From Sedimentisphaerales bacterium (GTDB taxonomy: Bacteria > Planctomycetota > Phycisphaerae > Sedimentisphaerales > Anaerobacaceae): a stretch of DNA of 64,000 nucleotides. Under the pieces are notes generated by a model. It was not told the DNA's origin. It saw only the letters and a program-made list of their open reading frames with translations, and searched no databases. Of this stretch, positions 9,117 to 18,014 are shown one piece after another; position 1 is the first letter of the stretch, and every line of letters begins with the position of its first letter. The stretch is taken from the NCBI GenBank assembly GCA_040772485.1, contig JAXGYC010000009.1:256001-320000 (forward strand), given 5' to 3'. The position numbers and the translations under genes were made by a program.

Positions 9117-10220
9117 ATGATAGCGTCCATCCTGATCGCGGTTCTCGTTGTCAGCCTCATCGCAGGGGCTTTGGCGGCTGTTCTGGTCGTTGCGGAATAC
9201 TATCTGGCCAACTACGGTCCGTGCAAGATCACGGTCAACGAGGAGAAGGAGCTCACAGTCCAGGGAGGCAAAGACTTGCTCGGACTCCTGACTGCCGAGA
9301 AGCTGTTTATCCCCAGCGCCTGCGGCGGCCGCGCCACGTGCGGGCTCTGCAAGGTCAAGGTGCTCGAAGGGGCCGGTCCGATCCTGCCGACCGAGGAACC
9401 TTACCTGGACAAGGCCGAGAGGGAATCGAATGTTCGTCTGGCCTGTCAGGTGAAGGTCCGCCGCGACCTGCGGATTGAGATCCCGAAGGAGCTGCTGGCC
9501 ATCCGGGAATACGCCTGCCGCTGTGCGAAGATCGTCGACCTGACGCACGACATGAAGCTGTTCCGGCTGGAGCTGACCGACCCGGCCACCATCGAGTACA
9601 TTCCCGGCCAGTACGTGCAGTTGCGAACGCCTCCGTACGGCAAGAGCCGAAGCGAGGTCTACCGCGCCTACTCGATCGCGTCCGACCCGGCCGAGAAGGG
9701 AATCCTCGAGCTGATCATCCGGCTCGTGCCAGGCGGGATCTGCACGACGTACTGCTTCGAGCACCTCAAGGAAGGCGACGAGATGAGATTCAACGGCCCC
9801 TATGGAGATTTTCGGCTTTCGCAGTCGCCGTCTCCGATCGTCTTCATCGCCGGCGGCTCGGGCATGGCGCCGATCAAGTGCATGCTCCACCACATGAAGA
9901 ACACCGCCAACCCGCGCAAGGCGGTGTACTTCTTCGGGGCCAATGCGGTCAAGGAATTGTGTCTGACCGATCTGATGCGGCAGTTCGAATCGGAGCTGGC
10001 CGATTTCCGCTTTGTGCCGGTTGTCGCCTCCACGCAAGACAGCTCCGACTGGGATGGCGAAACGGGCCTGGTGACCGAGGCCGTTAAGCGCGGACTGACC
10101 AATGCGTCGGAACAGGAAGCGTACTTGTGCGGTAGTCCGGGCATGATCGACGCCTGCATCAAGGTCCTGACGGGCCTGGGCATGCCCGAGACGAGCATCT
10201 TCTACGACAAATTCGCGTAG
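9117..10220 (+). CDS. nqrF: NqrF-like NADH-oxidising subunit (TM + 2Fe-2S + FAD + NAD binding)
   Basis: GGAGG RBS and an N-terminal TM helix. SACGGRATCGLC..RLACQ (2Fe-2S), RAYS (FAD), GGSGMAP (NAD), YLCGSPGM..FYDKF. Confidence 0.87.
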   Translation: MIASILIAVLVVSLIAGALAAVLVVAEYYLANYGPCKITVNEEKELTVQGGKDLLGLLTAEKLFIPSACGGRATCGLCKVKVLEGAGPILPTEEPYLDKAERESNVRLACQVKVRRDLRIEIPKELLAIREYACRCAKIVDLTHDMKLFRLELTDPATIEYIPGQYVQLRTPPYGKSRSEVYRAYSIASDPAEKGILELIIRLVPGGICTTYCFEHLKEGDEMRFNGPYGDFRLSQSPSPIVFIAGGSGMAPIKCMLHHMKNTANPRKAVYFFGANAVKELCLTDLMRQFESELADFRFVPVVASTQDSSDWDGETGLVTEAVKRGLTNASEQEAYLCGSPGMIDACIKVLTGLGMPETSIFYDKFA

Positions 10221-10245
10221 GAGCGATCGCGATGAGGAATGCCAC

Positions 10246-10698
10246 ATGAAACAGTCGCCCGACATGCAGAAACTGGAACAGCTTCTCCGGTCGTCAACCC
10301 TCGTGGCCGGCGGCTTCATGGGCAGCGATCCGCGCAACGTCGTCGACGTGATCGAGGCCGACGCGGCTGAATTGTTTCGACTGGGCGTTACATTGGAGCA
10401 GCTTGGCGCCCGAATGACCGAGATCGCGGAGGCCGCCGGGAAAGGGCTGGGAACCTGGGTCAAGATCGACGAGGCCCGCGAAGCCGTGATCGACGAGGCC
10501 CGCGGGCAGATGGCCTGTCCCTGGCCGCACGAGGCGCGCTTCCGCAAGACCGTCACCACGGTCCGCCGGACGGACTCGGGCCAGACTGTCCGATGGTCCG
10601 ACCTGAACGCCCATTTGATCGGCGTCCACGGCTTCTTCGAGGGCAGGGGGTCCACCTTCCGCATCGATCCGGCCCTCCTGGTGCGAGTCATCTTCTGA
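10246..10698 (+). CDS. Conserved-looking hypothetical protein (CPWPH ... H-x3-HGFFEG)
   Basis: GAGGA RBS, high GC3 codon usage, 25 nt after nqrF. Confidence 0.7.
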   Translation: MKQSPDMQKLEQLLRSSTLVAGGFMGSDPRNVVDVIEADAAELFRLGVTLEQLGARMTEIAEAAGKGLGTWVKIDEAREAVIDEARGQMACPWPHEARFRKTVTTVRRTDSGQTVRWSDLNAHLIGVHGFFEGRGSTFRIDPALLVRVIF

Positions 10699-10711
10699 CG
10701 ATGCCCTGACT

Positions 10712-10750
10712 TAGGTCCTTTACGTCCCTTAGGTCCTTCAGGACCCAAGA
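10712..10750. repeat. 9-nt-period repeat (GGTCCYTTA/AGGACC family)
   Basis: taggtcctt-tacgtccct-taggtcctt-caggaccc. Relatives at 30198-30259 and 54688-54747. Confidence 0.65.
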
Positions 10751-10862
10751 AATGCCGCATGGGCTTCAAGCCTATCCTGCGGAGGTCTACCCAATCGGGG
10801 ACGTTTCGTGTATGATGGGTCTGCGCCTGGACCATAGCCGAAACCGCACGAGAGGTACCCTG

Positions 10863-11582
10863 ATGCACCTGAATCGCGTCGTCTTTCACCCGGAGACCTA
10901 TCCGACCCGCGAGCACTATCCGTTCAATCTCGACATCTTCCATCGGACCGGACAAATCGCGTTGGACCGCCCGGTGACGATGTTCGTCGGCGAGAACGGC
11001 ACCGGCAAATCGACGCTGCTCGAAGCGATGGCTCGCAAGGCCGGCATCCACATCTGGCAGGAGCGCGGCCGGACACGCTTCCGATACAACCCCTACGAGA
11101 ACCAGTTCCATCGGTGCATCTCGGTGGAATGGGCCGACGGCTGGGTGCCCGGCTCATTCTTCGGATCGTCGGTGTTCCAGGACTTCGCTCGGATACTGGA
11201 CGAGTGGGCCGCCAGCGATCCGGGCCAACTCGAATACTTCGGAGGCAAATCGCTGCTGACCCAGTCGCACGGCCAGTCGATCATGTCGTTCTTCAAGGCC
11301 CGCTACGGGATCAGGGGACTCTATCTGATGGACGAGCCAGAAACCGCACTGTCGCCGGTGACGCAGATCGCGTTGCTGAAGCTGCTGGGCCGGATGGCGG
11401 CCGCCGGACACGCGCAGTTCATCATCGCGACGCATTCGCCCATCCTGCTGGCCTGCCCCGGCGCCACCATCTACAGCTTCGACCAAACGCCGATTGGACC
11501 TGTTGCCTACGAACAGACCCCGCACTATCAGACGTACAAAGACTTCATGAACGATCCGAAGAAGTACTGCGAGGATCGGTGA
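10863..11582 (+). CDS. Stand-alone ABC/AAA-family ATPase (COG3910-like)
   Basis: Walker A GENGTGKST, signature SHGQS, Walker B LMDEPETALSP, H-loop IATHSP. Confidence 0.85.
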   Translation: MHLNRVVFHPETYPTREHYPFNLDIFHRTGQIALDRPVTMFVGENGTGKSTLLEAMARKAGIHIWQERGRTRFRYNPYENQFHRCISVEWADGWVPGSFFGSSVFQDFARILDEWAASDPGQLEYFGGKSLLTQSHGQSIMSFFKARYGIRGLYLMDEPETALSPVTQIALLKLLGRMAAAGHAQFIIATHSPILLACPGATIYSFDQTPIGPVAYEQTPHYQTYKDFMNDPKKYCEDR

Positions 11583-11606
11583 TTGAAGCCTTGGAGGACA
11601 TCGAAG

Positions 11607-12749
11607 ATGGCCGGAAAGCGACACAATTTCCGAATGATGGTTGCCTGGCTGGTGGCCGGGGTGTTTCTGACATCCATGTGCTGGGCGGCTGGCGACGGAA
11701 CGATGGAGAGGATTCGTTCCAGCGACGATGGGAGCCATTTCGTCGGCGTCGAATCAGGCCGGCGCTTCGTGGCCTGGGGTGTGAATTACGATCACGATGA
11801 CGCCGGACGTCTGCTCGAAGACTACTGGCAGAACGAATGGCCCACCGTCGTGGAGGACTTCGGCGAGATCAAGGCGCTCGGCGCCAACGTCGTTCGGATC
11901 CACTTGCAGGTCGGGCGATTCATGAACACGCCGCAGGAGCCCAACGGCGCGTCGCTGTCCCGGCTGGCGGACCTCGTGAAGCTGGCCGAGCGAACGGGGC
12001 TTTATCTCGACGTCACCGGTCTGGGCTGCTACCACAAGAAAGACGTGCCCGCCTGGTACGACGCGATGAACGAGGCGCAGCGATGGGATGTTCAGACGCG
12101 GTTCTGGGAGGCGGTCGCCAAGACGTGCGCCGGCAGCGACGCGATCTTCTGCTACGACCTGATGAACGAGCCGATCCTGCCCGGCGGCGACAAGGTTGAG
12201 ACCGACTGGCTGGCAGGCGACTTCGCGGGCAAGCATTTCGTCCAGCGGATCACGCTCGATCTGGCTGGACGCCGCCGGGAGCAGGTCGCCAAGGCGTGGG
12301 TCGACCGGCTTGTCGCCGCCATCCGCAAGCACGATGACCGGCACATGGTCACGGTCGGCGTGATCCCGTGGGCGCTGACGTGGCCGAAGGCCAAGCCCCT
12401 TTTCTACTCCAAAGAGGTCAGCGAGAACCTCGACTTCGCCAGCGTGCACTTCTATCCAAAAAGTGGCGAGATCGAGAAGGCCCTGGCCGCGCTGGCGGTC
12501 TATGAGATCGGCAAGCCCCTGGTGATCGAGGAGATGTTCCCGCTGAGCTGTAGCGTCAATGAGATGGACGCATTCATCGACGGCTCGCGAAAGATCGCCG
12601 ACGGTTACATCAGCTTCTACTGGGGCAAGACCATCGAGGAATACGGCAGCGGACAGCACGACCTGGCCGCCATGCTCATCACCGGCTGGCTCAAGTACTT
12701 CCGCGCCAAGATCCCCGACATCCTCCGTCTGGGTGAGTCTGCTGATTAG
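11607..12749 (+). CDS. Secreted glycoside hydrolase, GH5-like (clan GH-A)
   Basis: GGAGGA RBS and a signal peptide. GANVVRIH, YDLMNEP (acid/base), SVHFYP, VIEEMFP (nucleophile). Confidence 0.8.
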   Translation: MAGKRHNFRMMVAWLVAGVFLTSMCWAAGDGTMERIRSSDDGSHFVGVESGRRFVAWGVNYDHDDAGRLLEDYWQNEWPTVVEDFGEIKALGANVVRIHLQVGRFMNTPQEPNGASLSRLADLVKLAERTGLYLDVTGLGCYHKKDVPAWYDAMNEAQRWDVQTRFWEAVAKTCAGSDAIFCYDLMNEPILPGGDKVETDWLAGDFAGKHFVQRITLDLAGRRREQVAKAWVDRLVAAIRKHDDRHMVTVGVIPWALTWPKAKPLFYSKEVSENLDFASVHFYPKSGEIEKALAALAVYEIGKPLVIEEMFPLSCSVNEMDAFIDGSRKIADGYISFYWGKTIEEYGSGQHDLAAMLITGWLKYFRAKIPDILRLGESAD

Positions 12750-13302
12750 CTCGGGATTCTTGTGCAGGCAGAAGGTGCAAGCAAGCCTTTCGGAGGCTGG
12801 ATTGTGGAACGAGGCAGTAGTGACAACGAACTGAACCGTGTGTGGTCAAAGGTATATAGCCACAGCTTCATCATCGATCTCTCGGATATCCGGAACCTGC
12901 TCGGAAGCGAGGAGCCGGAGGATCGTCTTTGCGGATTGGTGTGGCTGCGGCGCTGGATTCAGGAGCGGAGTGTCCATACGGAATTCTTCGATCTGGCGGA
13001 GCCTTTGATTGAGGATTCAAACAACAACTGCCGGTGGCAGGCGTTGATTCTGATCGGGAATTTATTGAGAGCGAGCCGGACAGGGTCTGGCCGATCATCG
13101 AGAAACACGCACAAAGCGACGACGAAGACATGCGTGCGGCGGTCGCCACACTGTTGCTCGAACACCTGCTTGAACGGCACCCGCAGTATGAGGGCCTTGT
13201 CGCAAGACCATCGAGGAACACGGCAGCGGCCAACACGACCTCGCCGCCATGCTCATCACCGGCTGGCTCAAGTACTTCCGCACCAAAACCCCCGCTATCC
13301 TC
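12625..13302 (+). repeat. 101-bp direct repeat pair (12625-12725 and 13202-13302) duplicating the 3' end of the GH5-like gene
   Basis: 9 mismatches over 101 nt by manual alignment. Confidence 0.9.
12762..13201 (+). pseudogene. Frameshifted HEAT-repeat-like / immunity-like gene remnant
   Basis: ...DSNNNCRWQALILIG continues after a 1-nt shift at about 13056 as EFIESEPDRVWPIIEKHAQSDDEDMRAAVATLLLEHLL, then is truncated by the repeat. Visibly more AT-rich than its flanks. Confidence 0.55.
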
Positions 13303-13332
13303 GATATGTACCGTGACACGAATTGATCCGAC

Positions 13333-16050
13333 TCACCTCCACGTGCGGGTGCGGTCGGTGCGCCGGTGGAAGCCGGCGGACATGGATTGGGCACGGGCCT
13401 TCAGCAGCGACTGGCGGCCTTCGGGGTTTCGCGTGTAGATCAGCTCGCAGGGGCCGACGTAGCGGGCCCACATCCTGCGGAAGTGCTCGGCGGATTCCCT
13501 GTTTCTTGCGAGGGTTTTAGGCACAGCATAGTAGTGCTTCTGCATCAGCAGTCTGAGCGGACTCTTTCGCACGAGGATATAGCGCGGGTCGTCGACGGGT
13601 CCGAGCAATTCCTGGAGAGCGTCGAGGAAGACCGAGCGTTCTCGGGTGGCCCCGCCCTTGAGCGAGCAGGTGACGAAACCGTAGTCGCGGCGTTGCGCGA
13701 TCACCCGGGGCCGGGCGTGGCGGGCGTCGACGATGCTCGCCTGCACCAGGGCCTTGAGCAGCGCCTTGCCGACCTGCTTGAGGCTCGAGGCGACCGGCCC
13801 GTGACGAAGCAACAGCCACAGGGCCTTGAAGAACTTCGGTAAGGCCGCTATCGCCGCCAGGGCCGAGGCGACCGCCAACAGGATCATCAGCACGCGCAAA
13901 CCCGATGACTCTTGGGATCGGGACATCAGCACCGAGACGATCGACACACCCCAGAAGCAGACCTGCCACAGCGCTGCGAGAATCGCTCGGACGAAGACGA
14001 AATCGCGCGGCAGCGCCAACGGCGAGGTGGTGACCTCCTCCTGCATGGCCCCAAGGCGGGCGGAGGCGAGCGCCAGCTCCCATCGCGTTCGCAGCCCATC
14101 GCGATCGCGGGCCTGCTGCATCATCACCGCGTTGATGTGGTCGATGCGCTCCTGATTGTAGGGAGGGTTGCCGAGCCCGATCCGGGCCAGGCCGCTCTCG
14201 ATCGTGCTCCTCTTGAACGAGACACCTACGAAGGCTTTGAACCGCCGGATCAGTGTGTCGAGGTCTTCTCCCGGCTCGGCGATGCCTTCCTCCTGGCAAA
14301 CGAGGTGCCAGATGTTGGCGGTCTTGGCTGGGTTTCCCTCCACCGTTCGGATGGCGCGGCCCCGCATCTGGTTGCTGAGCATGTACGAGCCGACGAAACT
14401 CGCCAGGACGAGCGCGTTGACCGCCGGCGCATCCCACCCCTCGCCCAGAAGCGACGTTGTCCCGACCAGCACGGTGACGCCGCCTTGGCGGAACAGGTTC
14501 GTGATAAGGGCGACGATCTTCTGCTTGTCGGGTCCGCGGACGACGACCTCGCAGAGCCGCTCGTCGTGGGCCAGCGGCCTGCAGTCGAGATTCGCCGGGT
14601 CGATTCCCAGTTCGACGGCGACGGTTTGCAGCGATTCCTGCGTGTCGGTGGGGACGACGGTCAGCGTTCCTGTGAGGATACCGAGTCGGACGCCGGAAGC
14701 TACGCTGCGACGTATCTGCTCGAAGATCGGCACGACGCCCAATCGCTTGAGGGGCTTGGCGTCAGCGGGGTCTTTGGGGAAATCGGCACTGCGCACGAAG
14801 TCGGTCAGGACCACCATTCGCAGATTCGACCCGAGAGATTCGCTCTCGATCCGGACGATGTCTTCGATGCTCTTGAGCTTCGAGGCGCTTCGCGTCAGCA
14901 GTTGCGCGGTCCGGCTGGTGCTGCGCAGGCTCACCGTGCGCCGCTCGATTGCACCGATGCGCTTGAGGTCGCGCGCGATCGGCTGGAACAGACCTTTGTG
15001 GGCCTCGAAGGACTTGGCATGCGTGTAGAGACAGCCCGTCAGCAGGGTCTCCAGCCATTCGAGCTTCAGGCCGGGACATTCGCGAGCCGTCAGGCCGATG
15101 ACGCTCAGCAGCTTCCTCGGGGGCCGGCTCCGAACGTGGTGCAGAAAGAACGCAATGCTCGAATAGAAACCCGGATCAGCCAGAATCTCTTCGATATGCG
15201 CCGCAGGCTCACGGACGCGCGGGTCGCTCTCCAACGCCTCGACGAAGGCCTGATTGGCGACCAGAGCCTTGACGCAGGCGTCCACTTCCCGGCGGAACTC
15301 GTGGAGCTCGGCCTGCTCGGCCCGCAGCGGCGTCGAAAGATACACGTAGTCCTGGTGCGGGCAGAGGTTCTTCTCCTGCACCAGTTCGGGCACGGTGATC
15401 TCCGCATCGATGGGGCCGCACAGATCGACGTACCGCTCCCACTCGAATGGTGAAACGTCGAACGGCGCCGTGGCCGTCAGCGCCACGACCGTGGGCTTGT
15501 CAAGATGCTTCTTCATGTCGATCAGGCATCGCCACCATTCGTTCCTCAGATGGTGCGCCTCGTCCAGCACGAGCGTGCGGATGCCCAAGCCGCTCAACTT
15601 CTTCAGCAACGCGTCTCTGGCCGCCGATCGGAATCCGCCTTTCCCGGTCTTTTCCCTGGGCGGCTGCCGTTCCTGGCTCTCCTCCTCTTCCGTCCGGCCG
15701 CTGTAGACACTGTGCAGACCCTGGTAGGTGGAGACCGTGAGGAATCGCGGGTTGCGAATGTCTCTCGACATCCAGTCGGGCAGGCCCGGCCCACCCGCCG
15801 CAGGCGGGCAGAACAGGCCGAGGAGACGATCGATCCACTGATCGCGGATAGCGACGGTCGGAGTGAAGATCAGCGTGGGCCGGTTCAGCCGGCGGACCAC
15901 CTCCAGGCCCAGCACCGTCTTGCCGGAGCCGGGCGCTGCGACGATGTGCAGGTGGTCGTCGTCGAGATAGTCGTCCAGTTCCGACAGCACACGCTGCTGG
16001 TAGCGGCGCCAGGGCTTGCGGAATTGGATGTTCGACGGGAACGTTTTCAC
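13333..16050 (-). CDS. SF2 DEAD/DEAH-box helicase (ResIII-like N-terminus) with C-terminal TM hairpin
   Basis: AAPGSGKT, LDEAHH, LTAT, LLGEGWD and QMRGRAIR motifs. Two hydrophobic helices near residues 690-750. Confidence 0.85.
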   Translation of the reverse strand: MKTFPSNIQFRKPWRRYQQRVLSELDDYLDDDHLHIVAAPGSGKTVLGLEVVRRLNRPTLIFTPTVAIRDQWIDRLLGLFCPPAAGGPGLPDWMSRDIRNPRFLTVSTYQGLHSVYSGRTEEEESQERQPPREKTGKGGFRSAARDALLKKLSGLGIRTLVLDEAHHLRNEWWRCLIDMKKHLDKPTVVALTATAPFDVSPFEWERYVDLCGPIDAEITVPELVQEKNLCPHQDYVYLSTPLRAEQAELHEFRREVDACVKALVANQAFVEALESDPRVREPAAHIEEILADPGFYSSIAFFLHHVRSRPPRKLLSVIGLTARECPGLKLEWLETLLTGCLYTHAKSFEAHKGLFQPIARDLKRIGAIERRTVSLRSTSRTAQLLTRSASKLKSIEDIVRIESESLGSNLRMVVLTDFVRSADFPKDPADAKPLKRLGVVPIFEQIRRSVASGVRLGILTGTLTVVPTDTQESLQTVAVELGIDPANLDCRPLAHDERLCEVVVRGPDKQKIVALITNLFRQGGVTVLVGTTSLLGEGWDAPAVNALVLASFVGSYMLSNQMRGRAIRTVEGNPAKTANIWHLVCQEEGIAEPGEDLDTLIRRFKAFVGVSFKRSTIESGLARIGLGNPPYNQERIDHINAVMMQQARDRDGLRTRWELALASARLGAMQEEVTTSPLALPRDFVFVRAILAALWQVCFWGVSIVSVLMSRSQESSGLRVLMILLAVASALAAIAALPKFFKALWLLLRHGPVASSLKQVGKALLKALVQASIVDARHARPRVIAQRRDYGFVTCSLKGGATRERSVFLDALQELLGPVDDPRYILVRKSPLRLLMQKHYYAVPKTLARNRESAEHFRRMWARYVGPCELIYTRNPEGRQSLLKARAQSMSAGFHRRTDRTRTWR

Positions 16051-16416
16051 CTACGAGGCCCGGAGAACGAAATGCCAGTAGCCGAAGGCTGCCAGAACCT
16101 GCACGACCACGATACCGACAAAGACCATCCTGAATTTGAGCTTCTGCGTCTTGTGTCGGAACACTGCCTGCGCCAGCAGCGCTCCCGGGCTGCCTCCGAT
16201 CAACGCCGCCAGATGGAGAATCACCTCCGGCACGCGGCCTCCGCCTGCGATGGCCTGCCGCTTGTCATAGCCATAGAGCAGCACAGTCACGGCGTTGATC
16301 CCGACGAGATACGCATACAGCCCCGCCAGACCCAACCACCAGAGCAGGGCAGAGACCACAGCGACGAGAATCGCCAATATGCAGAGAAACGTCTTTTTCG
16401 GTCGGCGCCGGGTCAT
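16051..16416 (-). CDS. DUF1294 small membrane protein
   Basis: YGYDKRQA..RVPE..LH..GGSPGA..FRHKTQK..F. Confidence 0.88.
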   Translation of the reverse strand: MTRRRPKKTFLCILAILVAVVSALLWWLGLAGLYAYLVGINAVTVLLYGYDKRQAIAGGGRVPEVILHLAALIGGSPGALLAQAVFRHKTQKLKFRMVFVGIVVVQVLAAFGYWHFVLRAS

Positions 16417-16429
16417 TCTCGGTCCCGCC

Positions 16430-17527
16430 TTATGCGCCGAAGGTCGCGCCGATGGCTTTGGCCGCCTTGATCAGCGGGTGGTTTCTGGGAACGGTCCTGA
16501 TCTTGCCCGCGATGCTGGCCAGTGGGACGCTGGAGATCCCGCCGGCCTTCCAGACCACGAGGCGGTTCTTGACGCCGCCGGCCAGCAGTTCAATCGCGGC
16601 GTGGCCGAACATCGTCGCCAGCGTCCGGTCATGCGGCGTGGGTGTGCCGCCGCGCTGGATGTGCCCGAGGACCACCGCACGACAATCCAGCCCCGTCTGT
16701 CGATTGATGTCTTCGGCCAGCTTGTTACCGATCCCGCCCAGGCGGATCGGGTCGGGACTGGTCGCGATGCGTTTCAGGACGACCATTTGCCCGCCTCTTT
16801 CCTTGGCCCCCTCCGAGACGACAATAATGCTGAACCGCTTGCCGCACTCGGATCGGCCCAGGACGTACCGGCAGACGGTGTCCAGCTTGTACGGGATCTC
16901 CGGAATCAGGATGACGTCCGCGCCGCTGGCCGCTCCGGCGTAGAGGGCGATCCAGCCGGCGTAGCGCCCCATCACTTCGACGATCATCACGCGATGGTGC
17001 GAACTGGCGGTGCTGTGAACCTTGTCGATCGCCTCGGCGGCGGTGTTGACAGCCGTATCGAAGCCGAACGTCACGTCGGTGCCCGCCAGGTCGTTGTCGA
17101 TCGTCTTGGGCACGCCGATGACAGGCAGGCCCTTTTTGGCGAACTTGGCGGCCGAGGCCATCGTCCCGTCGCCCCCGATGCAAACCAGGGCTTCGATGCC
17201 GCGCTGCTTCAGGTTGTCCAGGCACTGATCGGAAAGATCCCTGATCTGCGTCCGCCTGGCGGTCTTGACGGGGAAGCGGAACGGATCGGATGTGTTGCTG
17301 CTGCCTAAAATCGTGCCGCCGACGGTGAGGATGTTGCTGGTCTGTTCGTAGGTCAGCGGCTCGATCCGGTTCTCGATGAATCCGAGGTAGCCGTCCTTGA
17401 TGCCCCAGACGGTCAGGCCGTACTCATTGATGGCGGTCTTGGTCACCGCGCGAATCACGGCGTTCAGGCCGGGGCAGTCGCCCCCGCCCGTCATCACGGC
17501 GATCGATTTCAGTTTCGCTCTGGCCAT
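16430..17527 (-). CDS. pfkA: 6-phosphofructokinase
   Basis: TGGGDCPGLNAVIR, IGGDGT, PKTIDND, EVMGR, LGHIQRGG. Confidence 0.95.
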   Translation of the reverse strand: MARAKLKSIAVMTGGGDCPGLNAVIRAVTKTAINEYGLTVWGIKDGYLGFIENRIEPLTYEQTSNILTVGGTILGSSNTSDPFRFPVKTARRTQIRDLSDQCLDNLKQRGIEALVCIGGDGTMASAAKFAKKGLPVIGVPKTIDNDLAGTDVTFGFDTAVNTAAEAIDKVHSTASSHHRVMIVEVMGRYAGWIALYAGAASGADVILIPEIPYKLDTVCRYVLGRSECGKRFSIIVVSEGAKERGGQMVVLKRIATSPDPIRLGGIGNKLAEDINRQTGLDCRAVVLGHIQRGGTPTPHDRTLATMFGHAAIELLAGGVKNRLVVWKAGGISSVPLASIAGKIRTVPRNHPLIKAAKAIGATFGA

Positions 17528-17781
17528 TCGCTGTTCCTCTGTTTCCTTTTCGCTGCTGCTGTATACGCGATCGTTGGAGTCCGACCCCGGCGTAGCTCAG
17601 GATCGATCTCTGTCACCCTATCTTAGCCGTTGATCGGGCCCCTGAAAACAACAATGCGTCGATGGCGCGCCTTTCTGTCCGTCCGGGCACGCAACAGGTC
17701 TGTGCTTGTCAGCGGCGCGCCGGCAATGGTAGAGTACTCTGGTGCTCATCGACAGAACAGCCATTGGGAAGGAGAAGCACT

Positions 17782-17976
17782 ATGAAGTGGGAATACCAGA
17801 CGGTCAAACTGGCTACGAGGGGGTTTCTGGGCGGCAAGTTCGACGAGAACCAGCTCGACGCCTACATGAACCAACTGGGCTCCCAGGGGTGGGAGCTGGT
17901 GGCCGGCTTCGACACGAACAAGAGCTACGGCGAGACGCGCGACGTCGTCGTGATTTTCAAGCGTCCCCTGTCGTGA
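17782..17976 (+). CDS. DUF4177 small protein
   Basis: GGAG RBS. MKWEY..LG.QGWELV..FKRP. Confidence 0.85.
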   Translation: MKWEYQTVKLATRGFLGGKFDENQLDAYMNQLGSQGWELVAGFDTNKSYGETRDVVVIFKRPLS

Positions 17977-18014
17977 TTGGCCCCTCTGCGCGGGATTGCG
18001 CCGGCGGAAATGTG

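Noticed and set aside
13051..13063. Programmed -1 frameshift at GGGAATTT
   Set aside because: Not a canonical slippery heptamer, and the ORF is also truncated downstream, so decay is more likely.
12625..13302. DGR template/variable repeat pair
   Set aside because: Mismatches are not adenine-specific (T/C, G/C and C/T included) and there is no reverse transcriptase in the window.
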